From Octopus vulgaris (taxonomy: Eukaryota), in assembly GCA_951406725.2 (NCBI GenBank), contig OX597815.1, positions 14,570,001 through 14,634,000 on the forward strand: a stretch of 64,000 nt of DNA. Direction: 5' to 3'. The first letter of the stretch is position 1; each line of letters begins with the position of its first letter. Positions 40,979 through 53,813 of this stretch are shown here, in pieces. The position numbers were made by a program, and so were the translations under genes. The notes under the pieces are model-generated. The model saw nothing but the letters and a program-made list of their open reading frames with translations, ran no database searches and was not told the DNA's origin.

Positions 40979-41865
40979 AAAGGCGGCGAGCTGGCAGAAA
41001 CGTTAGCATGCTGGGTGAAATGCTCAGCGGTATTTCGCCTGTCGTTACGTTCTGAGTTTAAATTCCGCCGAGATCGACTTTGCCTTTCATCCTTTCGGGG
41101 GGCGATATAATCGACTTAATCTGTCTGTCTGTCCTTGTTTGTCCCCTCTGTGTTTAGCCCCTTGTGGGTAGTAAAGAAAAAGAAACGTTAGCACGCCGGG
41201 TGAAATGCGTAGCCGTATTTCGTCTGCCGTTACGTTCTGAGTTCAAGTTCCGCCGAGGTCGACTTTGCCTTTCATCCTTTCGGGGTCGATAAATTAAGTA
41301 CCAATTACGCTCTGGGGTCGATATATAATCGACTTAATCCGTTTGTCTGTCCTTGTTTGTCCCCTCTGTGTTTAGCCCCTTGTGGGTAGTAAAGAAAAAG
41401 AAACGTTAGCACGCCGGGTGAAATGCGTAGCCGTATTTCGTCTGCCGTTACGTTCTGAGTTCAAATTCCGCCGAGGTCGACTTTGCCTTTCATCCTTTCG
41501 GGGTCGATAAATTAAGTACCAGTTACGCACTGGGGTCGATATAATCGACTTAATCCGTTTGTCTGTCCTTGTTTGTCCCCTCTGTGGTTAGCCCCTTGTG
41601 GGTAGTAAAGAATTATATATTATGGGTACTAAAGGCGGCGAGCTGGCAGAAACGTTAGCACGCCGGGTGAAATGCGTAGCCGTATTTCGTCTGCCGTTAC
41701 GTTCTGAGTTCAAGTTCCGCCGAGGTCGACTTTGCCTTTCATCCTTTCGGGGTCGATAAATTAAGTACCAGTTACGCACTGGGGTCGATATATAATCGAC
41801 TTAATCCGTTTGTCTGTCCTTGTTTGTCCCCTCTGTGGTTAGCCCCTTGTGGGTAGTAAAGAAAT
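40979..41865 (+). mobile_element. SINE family C array (trimer plus monomer)
   Basis: Four units; target motif TATTA(C/T)GGGTACT occurs three times. Confidence 0.88.
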
Positions 41866-43027
41866 ATGTATTACGGGTACTTATTACATGCTTATCAGTA
41901 CATAACGGGTACTCAACAAAAGTTGTCTGCTAGCAGAGAAATTAAACTAAATACTCTTAAACGCTTAATATTGTTCCTTCACCCCACCCCCAACAAACCA
42001 CCCACCCACCACCACCACCACTTCCCCACTATCGCCATTCTGTGCTGCCATATTATTACCATTACCGATTATCATTTCAGAGGAAATTCTTAAGAGATGC
42101 GTAAGAAACCCTAAATATTTTTATCACCACTATACATGAAACCTTTATATTTACAGAATCCTGAAATAAAGCTCTGTTTTTGGATAATAGACACAGAATA
42201 TTAATACTCTGGGGGAGACCGCTTTTGCACGCGAGTTTAATTCCAAAGAATTCTTTAGAAATTCTGTATGACAGGACATTGCAATTACGGAGGGGATTTT
42301 GTTAAGTGATTAGATTATAGAAGCACAGCAAGACACGCGGATCCATTAAGACGACAGAATGGGTTTAGGAAACTTCAATTTTCTAGGCGATATGGAAGAA
42401 GAAAAGAGGCACAGCTTGTGAAGTTGGTGTATTACAAAACATTTGCTACAATGTCAAGTCATGCATGATGAAGATAATCATGTCAGGGAAGAAAATTTTG
42501 CGATAACATTGATTCTTAACATAGATACCATGTCTCAGGTTTAACAGGCGGCGTTAAATGAAATTATGTAAGCGTCATTCTTTATGCAAACGAATGGTTC
42601 TCAACTTCACACTCACTCGTTTGCCCATCAATCACAGCTAATATGTTGAAACGATTATTAATGACCACCTTTTATACAATTCAATGCAACTTCCAATCCC
42701 TTCCTTAGCTATAAAGAGTACAGTTTCAGCAAAACTTGTTCCACTACTGTCCCACGCCACATACCGGTCATCTATTTTATCTTCAAGCATGATTATTGTT
42801 CTTAACAAACAATAAGATACTTCATGCCAGTTGAGAGAATCGTCGAGCAAAACTGACATTCCGATGAGGCAATCTCATTAGTCCGTCACTTTATCATAGT
42901 GAATGTTAATAGATCTCTCGCAGTCCTACAACCTATCGAATGCTTTTATGTTCGAAACTCAGATGTTTCTCTCGCAAATCTTCTTTCTTGACATTAACTG
43001 TCTGTTTGATATGAAACCGAACAATGC

Positions 43028-43029
<2 letters not shown>

Positions 43030-43096
<67 letters not shown>

Positions 43097-43680
43097 AATT
43101 ATTGTATACAGTGCTCAGGTGCACCACAACTTGTCAAAAGTGCGTATAAAGCGTATGCAGTAATGTACAAATGTCTGAAAAGTGAACAGCGTACGAATCA
43201 GATACATGCTTGTGTGTGTATGGAGGGGAGAAAATCAGGTGTAGTGTTGGCGAATCTCAGGAAGCATGGAAGTTTTGAAGGATGCAGTGCTCCAACAACT
43301 AACAACTGATGCCGGCAGTTTGTTCCATGTTTCAGCAACTCTTAGCATGAAAAAATGTTTCCGAAAGTCATGGGAGCTGTGCTGTTTTCTGACTTTGTAA
43401 ACATGTCCACGGGTGTTAGACAGGTGGAGTTTGAAAAGGTGCTCAGAGTTATTGTTTGTTAGATGGTTAATAATTTTATGGGTGTCTGCCAAGTCAGCTG
43501 CCAGACGTCGGAGTTTCAATGTACCCATGCCCAGGGAAGTAAGGCGTTCAGAATATAGCAAATGCCTGATGGAGGGTATTCTCTTGGTTGCACGTCTCTG
43601 AACGGCTTCCAGACGATTAATATCCTGGGCAAGATAGGGGTTCCAGACCGGTGATACAAATTCCAGGTGAGGTCGCATGC
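43030..43680 (-). mobile_element. CR1-type LINE 3' fragment
   Basis: RPHLEF..VWNPY..LEAVQRRATK..TRGH; (TTA)n tail; same family as 60110-61218. Confidence 0.9.
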
Positions 43681-44430
43681 AATGGCGTGGTTTTGTAGGG
43701 AAAAATGACAAGGGAAAAGTGACCAGAAAAAAAATTGGAGCTTTTGACTGTAAGAAAAAGGGTGGGGTGGAATAATAGGGGCTCGTTTGAGTAAAAACAG
43801 ATTTATATTTTTACAAAATTTCAAGATGGAATAGCAGATGAAAGTGTTCAACCATCTCAATGATATCTCTCGTGGAAACAGATGTTAATAAACTCGATTA
43901 CAATTTAGAAGTGAAAAGCAAAAAAAAAGTGTTACTATAGCTTAAAACAACAGTAAACACCTCAAGTCAAAAATCCGAAATGAAATCTTAGTTATACACG
44001 TAAATAAATAAAAAATCTATAATGCTGTAACAATAGACAGTAAATTCTGTCTTGTGTCATCTTGATAACATCTCAGTCAGGGGCTGCAGATTTGGAAAGC
44101 TTATACAAAATCAAAAAGTAATTTGATACGTCAGTTATTTACAAACGCCATCTGCTCTATTATCTAGATAGAGAATTCTCGATGTTTATAACGCTGATAC
44201 AACACAAATCCAACATTCACCAGAATATCTACATATATTGGAAACTCTGAAAGTTTATCATACTAACTATACAGTTTGGCAGAAATAACTGTTTCATTAA
44301 TTAGTTCATTGATCAAATGTTGATAAGCTATGCATACAAACCAATGTATAGCAATGAGCTAGTTCCTCTGGTCGTCTGAAACGATTGTAACTTTGCATAA
44401 ACTTTTGTAACAACATTTTTCATTCTTAAT

Positions 44431-44487
<57 letters not shown>

Positions 44488-44490
<3 letters not shown>

Positions 44491-45190
44491 ACAATAAAGG
44501 AACGGCCATAATAGGCCATTCACCCACTAGAAATAACAGCCAAAGCTTCAACCGCAAATAAAAGTTAATTCAGTAAACCAGGAGAAAATTTAAAAAACAT
44601 TTACCCTGTAATTTCTTATACGATATACCGTTTCATCTGCTGATTAATGGTAAACTAACCTGATTAAATTAAATCAAGCCAATCTTCCACAGGCCCTCAG
44701 ATTCTTCAGTAAGAAATAGCCCAAGACGGAACAGATATTTTCACGAGGCATTTCCGACGTTGCCAAGTTAATATCTGACCTAAAATTTTCAAATCGTCGC
44801 ACTCGCGCCAAATTTATCGGCAGCAAATAAATATAAGCCGTCGATTCCATTACGGAATTAACCAGAAAATTCATAATTAATCAATATAGGGTGGCAAAAA
44901 AAATTTTGTAGAATTCTTTAGCCACCAGCGGTCTAGTAGGAAAAAATTAAAATAGTCATAGACCATTTTTAAGTTCAACATCAACAATAAAGAATTCTTT
45001 AGCCACCAGCGGTCTAGTAGGAAAAAATTAAAATAGTCATAGACCATTTTTAAGTTCAACATCAACAATAAAGGAACGGCCATATGTTGATGTTGAACTT
45101 AAAAATGGTCTATGACTATTTTAATTTTTTCCTACTAGACCGCTGGTGGCTAAAGAATTCTACAAAATTTTTTTGCCACCCTATATTGAT

Positions 45191-45193
<3 letters not shown>
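44488..45193 (-). mobile_element. Penelope/retrozyme-like non-coding unit with direct and inverted repeats
   Basis: 23-nt direct repeat at 44488 and 45062; ~80-bp tandem duplication; ~110-bp inverted copy; (TA)n on both sides; contains a hammerhead. Confidence 0.7.
44611..44717 (-). ncRNA. Complete type I hammerhead ribozyme
   Basis: Minus: stem I AUUUCUUA, CUGAAGA, stem II AUCUG...CAGAU, GAAA, stem III CGG-UAUA-UCG, cleavage triplet GUA, stem I' UAAGAAAU. Confidence 0.88.
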
Positions 45194-45229
<36 letters not shown>

Positions 45230-45659
45230 GAAAGCTATGGGCTCCGTGTGGGCAGTCATCTAAAAGTTTTTGTTCATCTTGATGCTGACATAAGTTCCTT
45301 GTTTTTCCTGATGAGAAGGCGGCATAATGCATAAGAGGGTTGGGTTAACGGTTCAGTAAACAACTGAAACAAAACTGTAAACAGTAGCAAAAACCACAAA
45401 GACCCATTTTCTGTAAAATGCCAGTCTCTTGTACCAGTATCCTACTACTGGTCCCTTCCTGGTGCCTTCCCCTAATGCAGTTTGCCTACAGCTATGGTGA
45501 AAATTTCCAGGTCATGTATGTATGTATGTGCGTATGCATGTATATATGCATGCATGTACCACCGACACACTCGTACCCTCGACACACACACATGAATACA
45601 CTTACATATATGCATTCTTACGTATATTTATGTCAGTGTACGTGAGTGTGCATGTATAT

Positions 45660-46060
45660 ACTCTTTTACTCTTTTACTTGTTTCAGTCATTTGACTGCGG
45701 CCATGCTGGAGCACCGCCTTTAGTCGAGCAAATCGACCCCGGGACTTATTCTTTGTAAGCCCAGTACTTATTCTATCGGTCTCTTTTGCCGAACCGCTAA
45801 GTGACGGGGACGTAAACACACCAGCATCGGTTGTCAAGCAATGCTAGGGGGACAAACACAGACACACAAACACACACACACATACATATATATATATACA
45901 TATATGCGACGGGCTTCTTTCAGTTTCCGTCTACCAAATCCACTCACAAGGCATTGGTCGGCCCGGGGCTATAGCAGAAGACACTTGCCCGAGGTGCCAC
46001 GCAGTGGGACTGAACCCGGAACCATGTGGTTGGTTAGCAAGCTACTTACCACACAGCCAC
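45660..46060 (-). mobile_element. SINE family D
   Basis: Reverse complement of family D. Confidence 0.88.
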
Positions 46061-46728
46061 TATGCACATACACACATATAAATACTTAGATATAGTTACA
46101 TTATGTTATTATATTCTTTCATACTATATTATATAATATATCATATATTATATTATATTATATTATATCATATTATATCATATTATATTATATAATATTT
46201 TATTATATTGCATTTCATTATAATATGTGATCGTCAGTGTAAATTTATATCATTAAGTTAATTAAGAACATGATAATTTTCAGATGATCATGGCCATATG
46301 AAATAATAAGATTAAAAGGAGTTTCATAACTACAAGAACGGAGAGAAATTAGTAAATAGTTGTGATAACTATGGGAATTGAAAGGCAATCAAAAGCAATG
46401 TTTATCTAATTCTATATAATATTAATTAACTAAATGGAATATTTAAAATAGTTTTATTAAATTGGTGTGAACAACAAATCAACAACTTGATACGTTAATT
46501 AATAAGTCCGAACTTGCAGCTCAGAATTTCTAATGCCACCATACAACATATATTGCAATTACTCCACTCTCTTTATAAATAATTTCTGTGCCTACAATCA
46601 ACCACGAAATGGAGCATTTAATATTTCTATTTTTAAGATTCCAATAAATTTTACAAATGGCGTTTTATGTAATTTGCGGTGTTACAAGAATGTATGTAAT
46701 TCTTGCATCTGAATCTGAATTTTGACGT

Positions 46729-47090
46729 TGTAGCACCGAGGAGGAATTTCAACCGTGTTTCGTGGTCTGCTACCACAACAGCTCCTTTATAGGATCCAGT
46801 TAGCTCAAGACATCATCTACTGTTTTGACGTGGCAGGGCCCCATCCTTTCGGAGGTGCCTTCTGCTCTGGTATTGAGTGCATGTCTTCTTTCTTCTGTTC
46901 ACTGGCCTCTTCAGTGTAGCGTCAACGAGTGTCAGCGGGCGACTGACTGACTTGTCAAATTTTTATCCTTTAAATACCTGCTGCTAGGCTCCAGCAGGCA
47001 GCCCCAGCAAGTTGTCACGTGACACTGTCTCAACTTTAACTGATCAATGAAGGCGCGTAGTCTCTACCCACACATTCCCTAAACGATACC
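46729..47090 (-). mobile_element. Solo-LTR-like repeat
   Basis: Inverted homolog of 28430-28800; TGTAGC terminus. Confidence 0.55.
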
Positions 47091-47564
47091 GTCATCTGTC
47101 AATCAGCGAAGCTAATTCAGTGTAAGCTTGTCTCACCTCGTGATTTTATCTTCCGCCGGCATGTTATGACTTTCAAGCCATTTTTGGTCTTCTCGCTTCA
47201 GCCATATATAGCTGATTATGTTCTTAATCAGGTGTTTGGACGGAACATTTATGTATCAAATTTGTTTTGGAATCACTGGTTACTTAAAGGACATTTATCA
47301 ATCCCTACTGTTACACGTTCCATTACGTTTGTTAGCCACTGAAATATCCTTAATTGTATCATTACTGAAGCTTTTGTCAGGTGGTGTCACAGCATCAGTA
47401 GTAATAGTTAGAGCAGATGAGTACCCTCTAAATAACTTGTTGTTGAACTCTGAAACTTAAGCTTCAAGTCGAATTGAAAATGGAAAAGTTGGCGGAGGGC
47501 GAAACAATGTTTAGCAAAACCATAAAACACATTACTGTTTCTGGAATATATACTAAAGAAAGTA

Positions 47565-48849
47565 TTAGGTTGTTCCGAAAATAATGGCCGCTCTAAGTGT
47601 TGTATTTTGAAACGCAATTTTATCACAGTATTTTAATAATATTTTAGGTGGATTTCAACATACGTAGTAATTGATGTATGCTCTTTAATAATTTTCTACT
47701 TATTTCAGACAGAAAACATTCTTGAATTATAGGTGTCCTTACTTATGAACATCACAAAAAAGGAGCTTCACTTACTTTTCTTGCATGAGTTCAAGCTTGG
47801 GCACAATTCCTCCCAAACTGCTTCCAATATCAACAGAGCATGGGGAGAGGGATCCACAAGTTATTGCACAGTACAAAGGTGGTTTCAGAAATTCCATAGT
47901 AGTGATGGGAGCCTTGAAGATGAAGAAGGTAGAGGACGGTTATGCAGTTTTGACAATGAACAATTGAAAGCAATTGTTGAACAAAACCCACGTCAAAATT
48001 TCAGAGAAACGTTTCAAGTACTTGGTGTCGGTATTGCAACGGTTTCACGCAACCTGCAGAAGATTGGTAAGGTGAAAAAGTTCGATAAATGGGTACCGCA
48101 TGAGCTCAATGAAAATCAAAATGTTCAGCGTTTTTAAGTGTCCTCAATGCTCTATCTGCGAAATACCAATGATCCTTTTCTTGACTGAATAGTCATCTGT
48201 GACGAAAAGTGGATCCTTTATGATAACCGTAAATGATAAGGTCAATAGCTTGATCGTGATGAGTCCCCCCAAACATTTCCCAAAGCCAAAGTTGCATCAG
48301 CAAAAGATTATGGTGACTGTCTGGTGGTCTGCAATTGGAGTTGTCCATTACAGCTTTCTGGAAGCCAATCAGAGCATTACAGCAGAGGTTTACTGCAATC
48401 AACTCGCTGAAATGCATGCTCACTTGCAAAAAATGAGACCTGCATTGGTGAATCGGATTGGGCCAATTCTGCTCCACGATAATGTAAAGCCACATTTTAC
48501 AAGAATGACGCTGCAGAAACTCACAGACTTGGAATACGAGACTTTACCATTTCCTCCATACTCTCCTGATCTTTCACCCACTAGCAACCATTTTTTTAAA
48601 GCATTTAAACACGTTTTTTAAGTGATAAAATTTTCAGGTCTAAACCAGAGATGGAATCAGCTTGCAAAGATTTCTTAGCATCAAAGCCAATAAGTTTTTA
48701 TCAACGGGGCACAAATAATCTCGTTGACCGATAGCAGAGAGGCATAGATGTTCACGGCTCATACTTTGATTAATCAAAACATTTCTATTGTTAATTTTTC
48801 CAGAATAAAATTGTTTCTGAAATCGGTCATTATTTTCGGAACGACCTAA
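47565..48849 (+). mobile_element. Full-length mariner (cecropia/Hsmar1-like) with pseudogenised transposase
   Basis: TIRs TTAGGTTGTTCCGAAAATAATGGCCG / CGGTCATTATTTTCGGAACGACCTAA; TA TSDs; WVPHEL, CDEKW, HDNVKPH, YSPDLSP; internal stops. Confidence 0.95.
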
Positions 48850-50205
48850 TAAATTCCAGGAATGTCGAATAACAATCGAAACATTATCGGTTGAATGCAT
48901 AGCGTTCAATGCTTTCGTGCGAATATCAAAGCTGTTTTGGTATCAAATAAATTATCTGAAATTAAACCAAGTAATGTAGGAAAATCATAATATAAATGAA
49001 CGATGAATAATTTGGGAGAAACTTCAGTCGCTAACGGCACCGATTAACATGCTTCTTGGTAACAATGGAACATTGGCTTACTTGAAAATACTTTATCTAA
49101 AAGCACCACCTAAACTCTGCTGTTGATTGCACCACAAGCCATGAATTTTCCTTCGATAGTACCAGAAAACATGAAAGTGAATAATGCTCATTCTGTCTCG
49201 AAAAGTATACCGTCTACAAAATATTGTATTCTTCAGCTAACATAGTATGCGTAGTATAAAAGATAGATTTTGCTATACGAAAACTCGTCATAATTTATCA
49301 CAAGTTGGTTATTTTATCTCACTTATCTGCTTGCATGCAGCGAATATTTTCACAACTAAATTGTGCAAAAAAAAGAATAATGAAATGAAGATGAAGTTCA
49401 CCAATAAGTTAAAAGTAAATTAATAGACTTTTTGCGAAAGAGGTAATTACAGAAAACAGTGGAAGGCATATCTCATCTAAGATATACAAATAAAATAATG
49501 GAATGTGGAAAAGGTGACAGGAAACTAATAACTGCCTTAAGAAGATGAAACTTAGGTAATTGGCTGTCTGAGCAGGCCTCTGTTGCTTGAGAAGTATTAA
49601 ATAAATTATTGTTTTTCTTCTTTTTTTCTTTTTTTTTTATATTTCTTTTCGACGCATCTTGATCGTTTAAATTATTTCCCGGCATATTCTTATTTTAGTT
49701 TCTCATAAATAAAACAATGTTATCAAAAATATTTTGCAAGAAAAGAATTAGAAATTAACTTTTGAGCAGAAAGAGAAAATGGAAGTTAATAACAGAATAT
49801 TTTGACCGTGTGAGCTTATTACTAACATTAAATGAATCTGATTTCAAAGAAAAAATTTTTCAGAATAATATCCTTGATTTAATATTATTATATACTTCAT
49901 TTCATACAATTTTCCTTAGAACTTCTAGAAAAAGAAACTTAATGGAAATGCTTAAAGATTGGTGATTAATTGGAGCTTTCATTACAAAAGAAATCACTCG
50001 GTAAATACAGCTGGCTGCACCGTAGTTGATATAAAGTCCAACGTTCAATGACGGAATATTCAGTTTTTGACGATTTAAAATTACTCATTGTGGGTACGTA
50101 GTAAAGACTTTATGGGTGATCTGAAAAGACTCTTCAGTATGATGTTTTACATGAAAACGGAAATAAATGAAAATACATCTATATTATAGATCTATTATAG
50201 ATTCT

Positions 50206-50525
50206 GTGAAGGCGCATATCTCAGTGGTTAGAGAGTCGAGCTTACGATCGTGAAGTTGTGAGTTCGAATCCTGGACCGGGCTGCGTGTTGTGTTCTTGAG
50301 CAAGACACTTTATTCCACGTTGCTCCAGTTCACTCAGCTGTAGAAATGAGTTGCGGCGTCACAGGTGCCAAGCTGTATCGGCCCTTGCCTTTCCCGTGGA
50401 GAGGGAGGGCCGGTATACATGGGCGACTGCTGGTCTTCCATAAACAACTTTGCCCAGACTTGTGCCTGGGAGGGTAACTTTCTAGGTGCAATCTCACGGT
50501 CAGTCATGACCGAAGGGGAATCTCA
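50206..50525 (+). mobile_element. tRNA-derived SINE family E (CORE-like central domain)
   Basis: A/B boxes; GTGTTCTTGAGCAAGACACTT; TSD ATTATAGATTCT. Confidence 0.85.
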
Positions 50526-50539
50526 ATTATAGATTCTAA

Positions 50540-50970
50540 AATGCTAAGGGATAAAGAAAATTGTGTCCCTCGAATTGTTGAAATAAATGAAACCAAATTT
50601 TTAACAGAAAATAAAACTGCTTTTAGTGGACAGACAGTAGATATTTAATGATAATGAACACAACACCAAAACCTGTATTCTGGTGCCGGTTGAAAGAAGA
50701 GAAGGATCAATATTAGAGAATCTTATCAATAGACGGCTCGAATAGAATTATAAGTGACCAATGGAAAATCTCATGTTTTAAATATGGATGAGAATATTTA
50801 TTCTGAAGAGGTCAATCATAGTTTGCATCTTATACCACACTCAGGAAATCGAAAATCTCTGGCATCATGTTATAAGGAAACTAAATACCATATGTTACAT
50901 CAAACCAACGCCTCAATGGATATCTTTTTGAATTTAGGTACAAAATGCAAATTTCTGATAAAAGAACATT
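50540..50970 (+). mobile_element. Merlin/ISXO2-like transposase relic
   Basis: Fragments IVEINETKF, LVPVERR, VNHSLH and HTQEIENLW across frameshifts. Confidence 0.55.
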
Positions 50971-51007
50971 GATTAATGATTAATTTTTATTAATAAGAAA
51001 TTTCTTG

Positions 51008-51465
51008 TTTCTTTACTGCCCACAAGGGGCTACACACAGAGGGGACAAACAAGGACAGACAAACGGATTAAGTCGATTATATTGTCCAGGAAGTGCTAAA
51101 GTGGTGCCATACAGGAGCTCAGCGGAGGGTAGCCTAAATCCTCTTTGACAGCTGAGTGGCAACCCAGCAGAACAATGGGGACAAACTCGGACCAACGATG
51201 AAGGTCAGGAGCCGTGCGAAAAGTGGCTTTGAGCTGGAGGTAGAATCGTTCCACCATACCGTTCGCGTCGGGATGGTAACTTGTGATGTGGATGTGCTGA
51301 ACTCCGAGCGTAACTCCGTGCGTAACTGATACTTATTTAATAGGCCCCAAAAGGATGAAAGGCAAAGTCGACCTCGGCGGAATTTGAACTCAGAACGTAA
51401 CGGCAGACGAAATACCGCTAAGCATTTCGCCCGGCGTGCTAACGCTTCTGCCAGCTCGCCACCTT
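51008..51465 (-). mobile_element. SINE family C carrying a ~230-bp Gypsy integrase insert
   Basis: SINE halves flank 51082-51310, which is homologous to 52180-52383; TSD ATTAATAAGAAATTTCT. Confidence 0.85.
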
Positions 51466-51739
51466 GAAATTAATAAGAAATTTCTATCAATAAAATTTCA
51501 TCGTCTTCCCTGATTGTCTACTTAAAAGCACTTTAAGCTGGAACATCTTCTTTATTTACAAGTAAATATTGTATTTATAAAAAAAATTTGTACTTACTGA
51601 TTCACGATTTCATACAAGCGAAATTTTAGTGATACACAGCTATTATGTTTTATTTGAGTTGCTTGACATATAATCTTGAAGCCATTTTGTTTCTACCCGG
51701 TCACCATGACCCCTCGTTCCTGAATGTCACGGCCGTGCT

Positions 51740-53331
51740 GTTTTTGAAGCACTGCATTCGCTGTCATACCCCGGTATTGCGGCCACAGTAAAGCTTACCT
51801 CGGCCCGCTTTTTCTGGCCGAATATGCGTCGGTCTATTACTGCTTGATCACGTGCTTGTCTACCATGTCAGCATTCCAAGGTGCATCGTCACGTGAGAGC
51901 ACCTCTTTGGCATTTCCAGTCACCAGACACCAGGTTCCGTCACATACACATCGACCTGGTTGGTCCTTGGCCGGTCAGTTGCGGATTTATTTATATATTG
52001 ACCTGCATCGACCGCTTCTCCAGTTGGCCTGAAGCCATCCCTCTCTTAGACATTTCCACAGAAACAGTCGCCAGAGCACTCATCTCCGGGTGGATATCTC
52101 GCTTCGGAGTACTCTCTAAAATTACTACTGATCGTGGACGCCAATTTGAAGCTTGACTGTTCCGTAAGCTTTGGAGATTGCTCGGAGTTCAGCACATCCA
52201 CACCACAAGTTACCATCCCGCCGCGAATGGTATGATGAAACGATTCCAAAGTCAGCTCAAAGCCGCTATTCGCACGGCTCCTGACCCTCGTCGTTGGTCC
52301 GAGTTTGTCCCCATTGTTCTGCTGGGTTGCCACTCAGCTGTCAAAGAGGATTTAGGCTACTCCTCCGCTGAGCTCCTGGACAAATGTTGGCGCCGGTTAC
52401 TTACCGAACACGGACCTCACATCTTACGTCACATGACTCAAGTCGTTCTTTGCTGACCTAACCACCGATTCTTCCTCGTAGCCAGTCCATTTCTTCTGCA
52501 GCTCCTCCGGATATTTCTACTTGGACTCACGTGTTTGTAAGAAATGATGCCGTCAAGGGACCGCTCACACCTCCCTACACTGGACCCTGTCCCGTTCTTA
52601 GAAGCACACCGAAACTGTTCAGTGTGGACGTTCACGGAAAAAAAGCGACTGTCTCTTTAGACAGAGTAAAAAAAAAGCCTTTTCCGAAACATTTATGCCA
52701 CTTGCGGACACACCCATCATTCCACAAAGACTTCCACCCTCACCTCCATAAACACCACCTCCATTCACCAAAACATCAACTACACAAACGCATTCTTCAC
52801 CTTACAGGACACCTTCTGAAAGATCGGTTCATTGGCCGAAGAAATTGTCTCAGACTATTTACATTTCTTAACTGCTTCGCCAGTGACTGTTCCGAAAAAT
52901 AGACTTCTGTTGTTATAGACACCGCATTCATATTTTCTCTTTTTCTGTATCATTGTACATATATGCTTTGTTCTATTTGATTATACACCTCTCTTTGCTG
53001 AACGTTTTTCCTTGTACATACTTGCATCGTACTTTTTTCAGTTGTTCATACAGCTGTTTTGCCATGGTTCATTCTTCTGTGCCCTCCTAGCGCATACCTA
53101 CTCCGCCTACAATAACACTACTCTTAATAGACCCTTCCGGTCTGAGGGCGAGGGCCTCTGTAGGCGCAGTTACCTCCTTTGACAGCGAGTTTAAATAAGC
53201 TCGCTAGATGGCGCTAGAGAGTGAGATTCTTACGACTTTCTCTTTTCTCGCGAAGACGTCAGACCGTAAAGACGTGATCTAGTCGGCTCTCTGACACCAC
53301 ACGCCAGCTAACAGACAGGGGGTAACGCACA
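51740..53331 (+). mobile_element. Gypsy 3' portion: integrase relic, PPT and 3' LTR
   Basis: [37 protein letters not shown]; purine tract GAGGGCGAGGG then LTR TGTAGGCG...GCACA (53159-53331). Confidence 0.9.
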
Positions 53332-53390
53332 GGAGAAGATCATGGCCTCCGCACATCAACCATTTCCATTTGTCATTCAGCTTGTATATA

Positions 53391-53561
53391 GGCGCAGGAG
53401 TGGCTGTGTGGTAAGTAGCTTGCTAACCAACCACATGGTTCCGGGTTCAGCCCCAATGCCTGGCATCTTGGGCAAGTGTCTTCTGCTATAGCCCCGGACC
53501 GACCAATGCCTTGTGAGTGGATTTGGTAGACGGAAACTGAAAGAAGCCTGTCGTATATATG

Positions 53562-53598
<37 letters not shown>

Positions 53599-53813
53599 TT
53601 GTGTGTCTGTGTTTGTCCCCCTAGCATTGCTTAACGACCGATGATGGTGTGTTTACGTCCCCGTCACTTAGCGGTTCGGCAAAAGAGACCGATAGAATAA
53701 GTACTGGGCTTACAAAGAATAAGTCCCGGGGTCGATTTGCTCGACTAAAGGCGGTGCTCCAGCATGGCCGCAGTCAAATGACTGAAACAAGTAAAAGAGA
53801 AAAGAGAGAAAGA
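53391..53813 (+). mobile_element. SINE family D
   Basis: Full match to family D. Confidence 0.88.
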
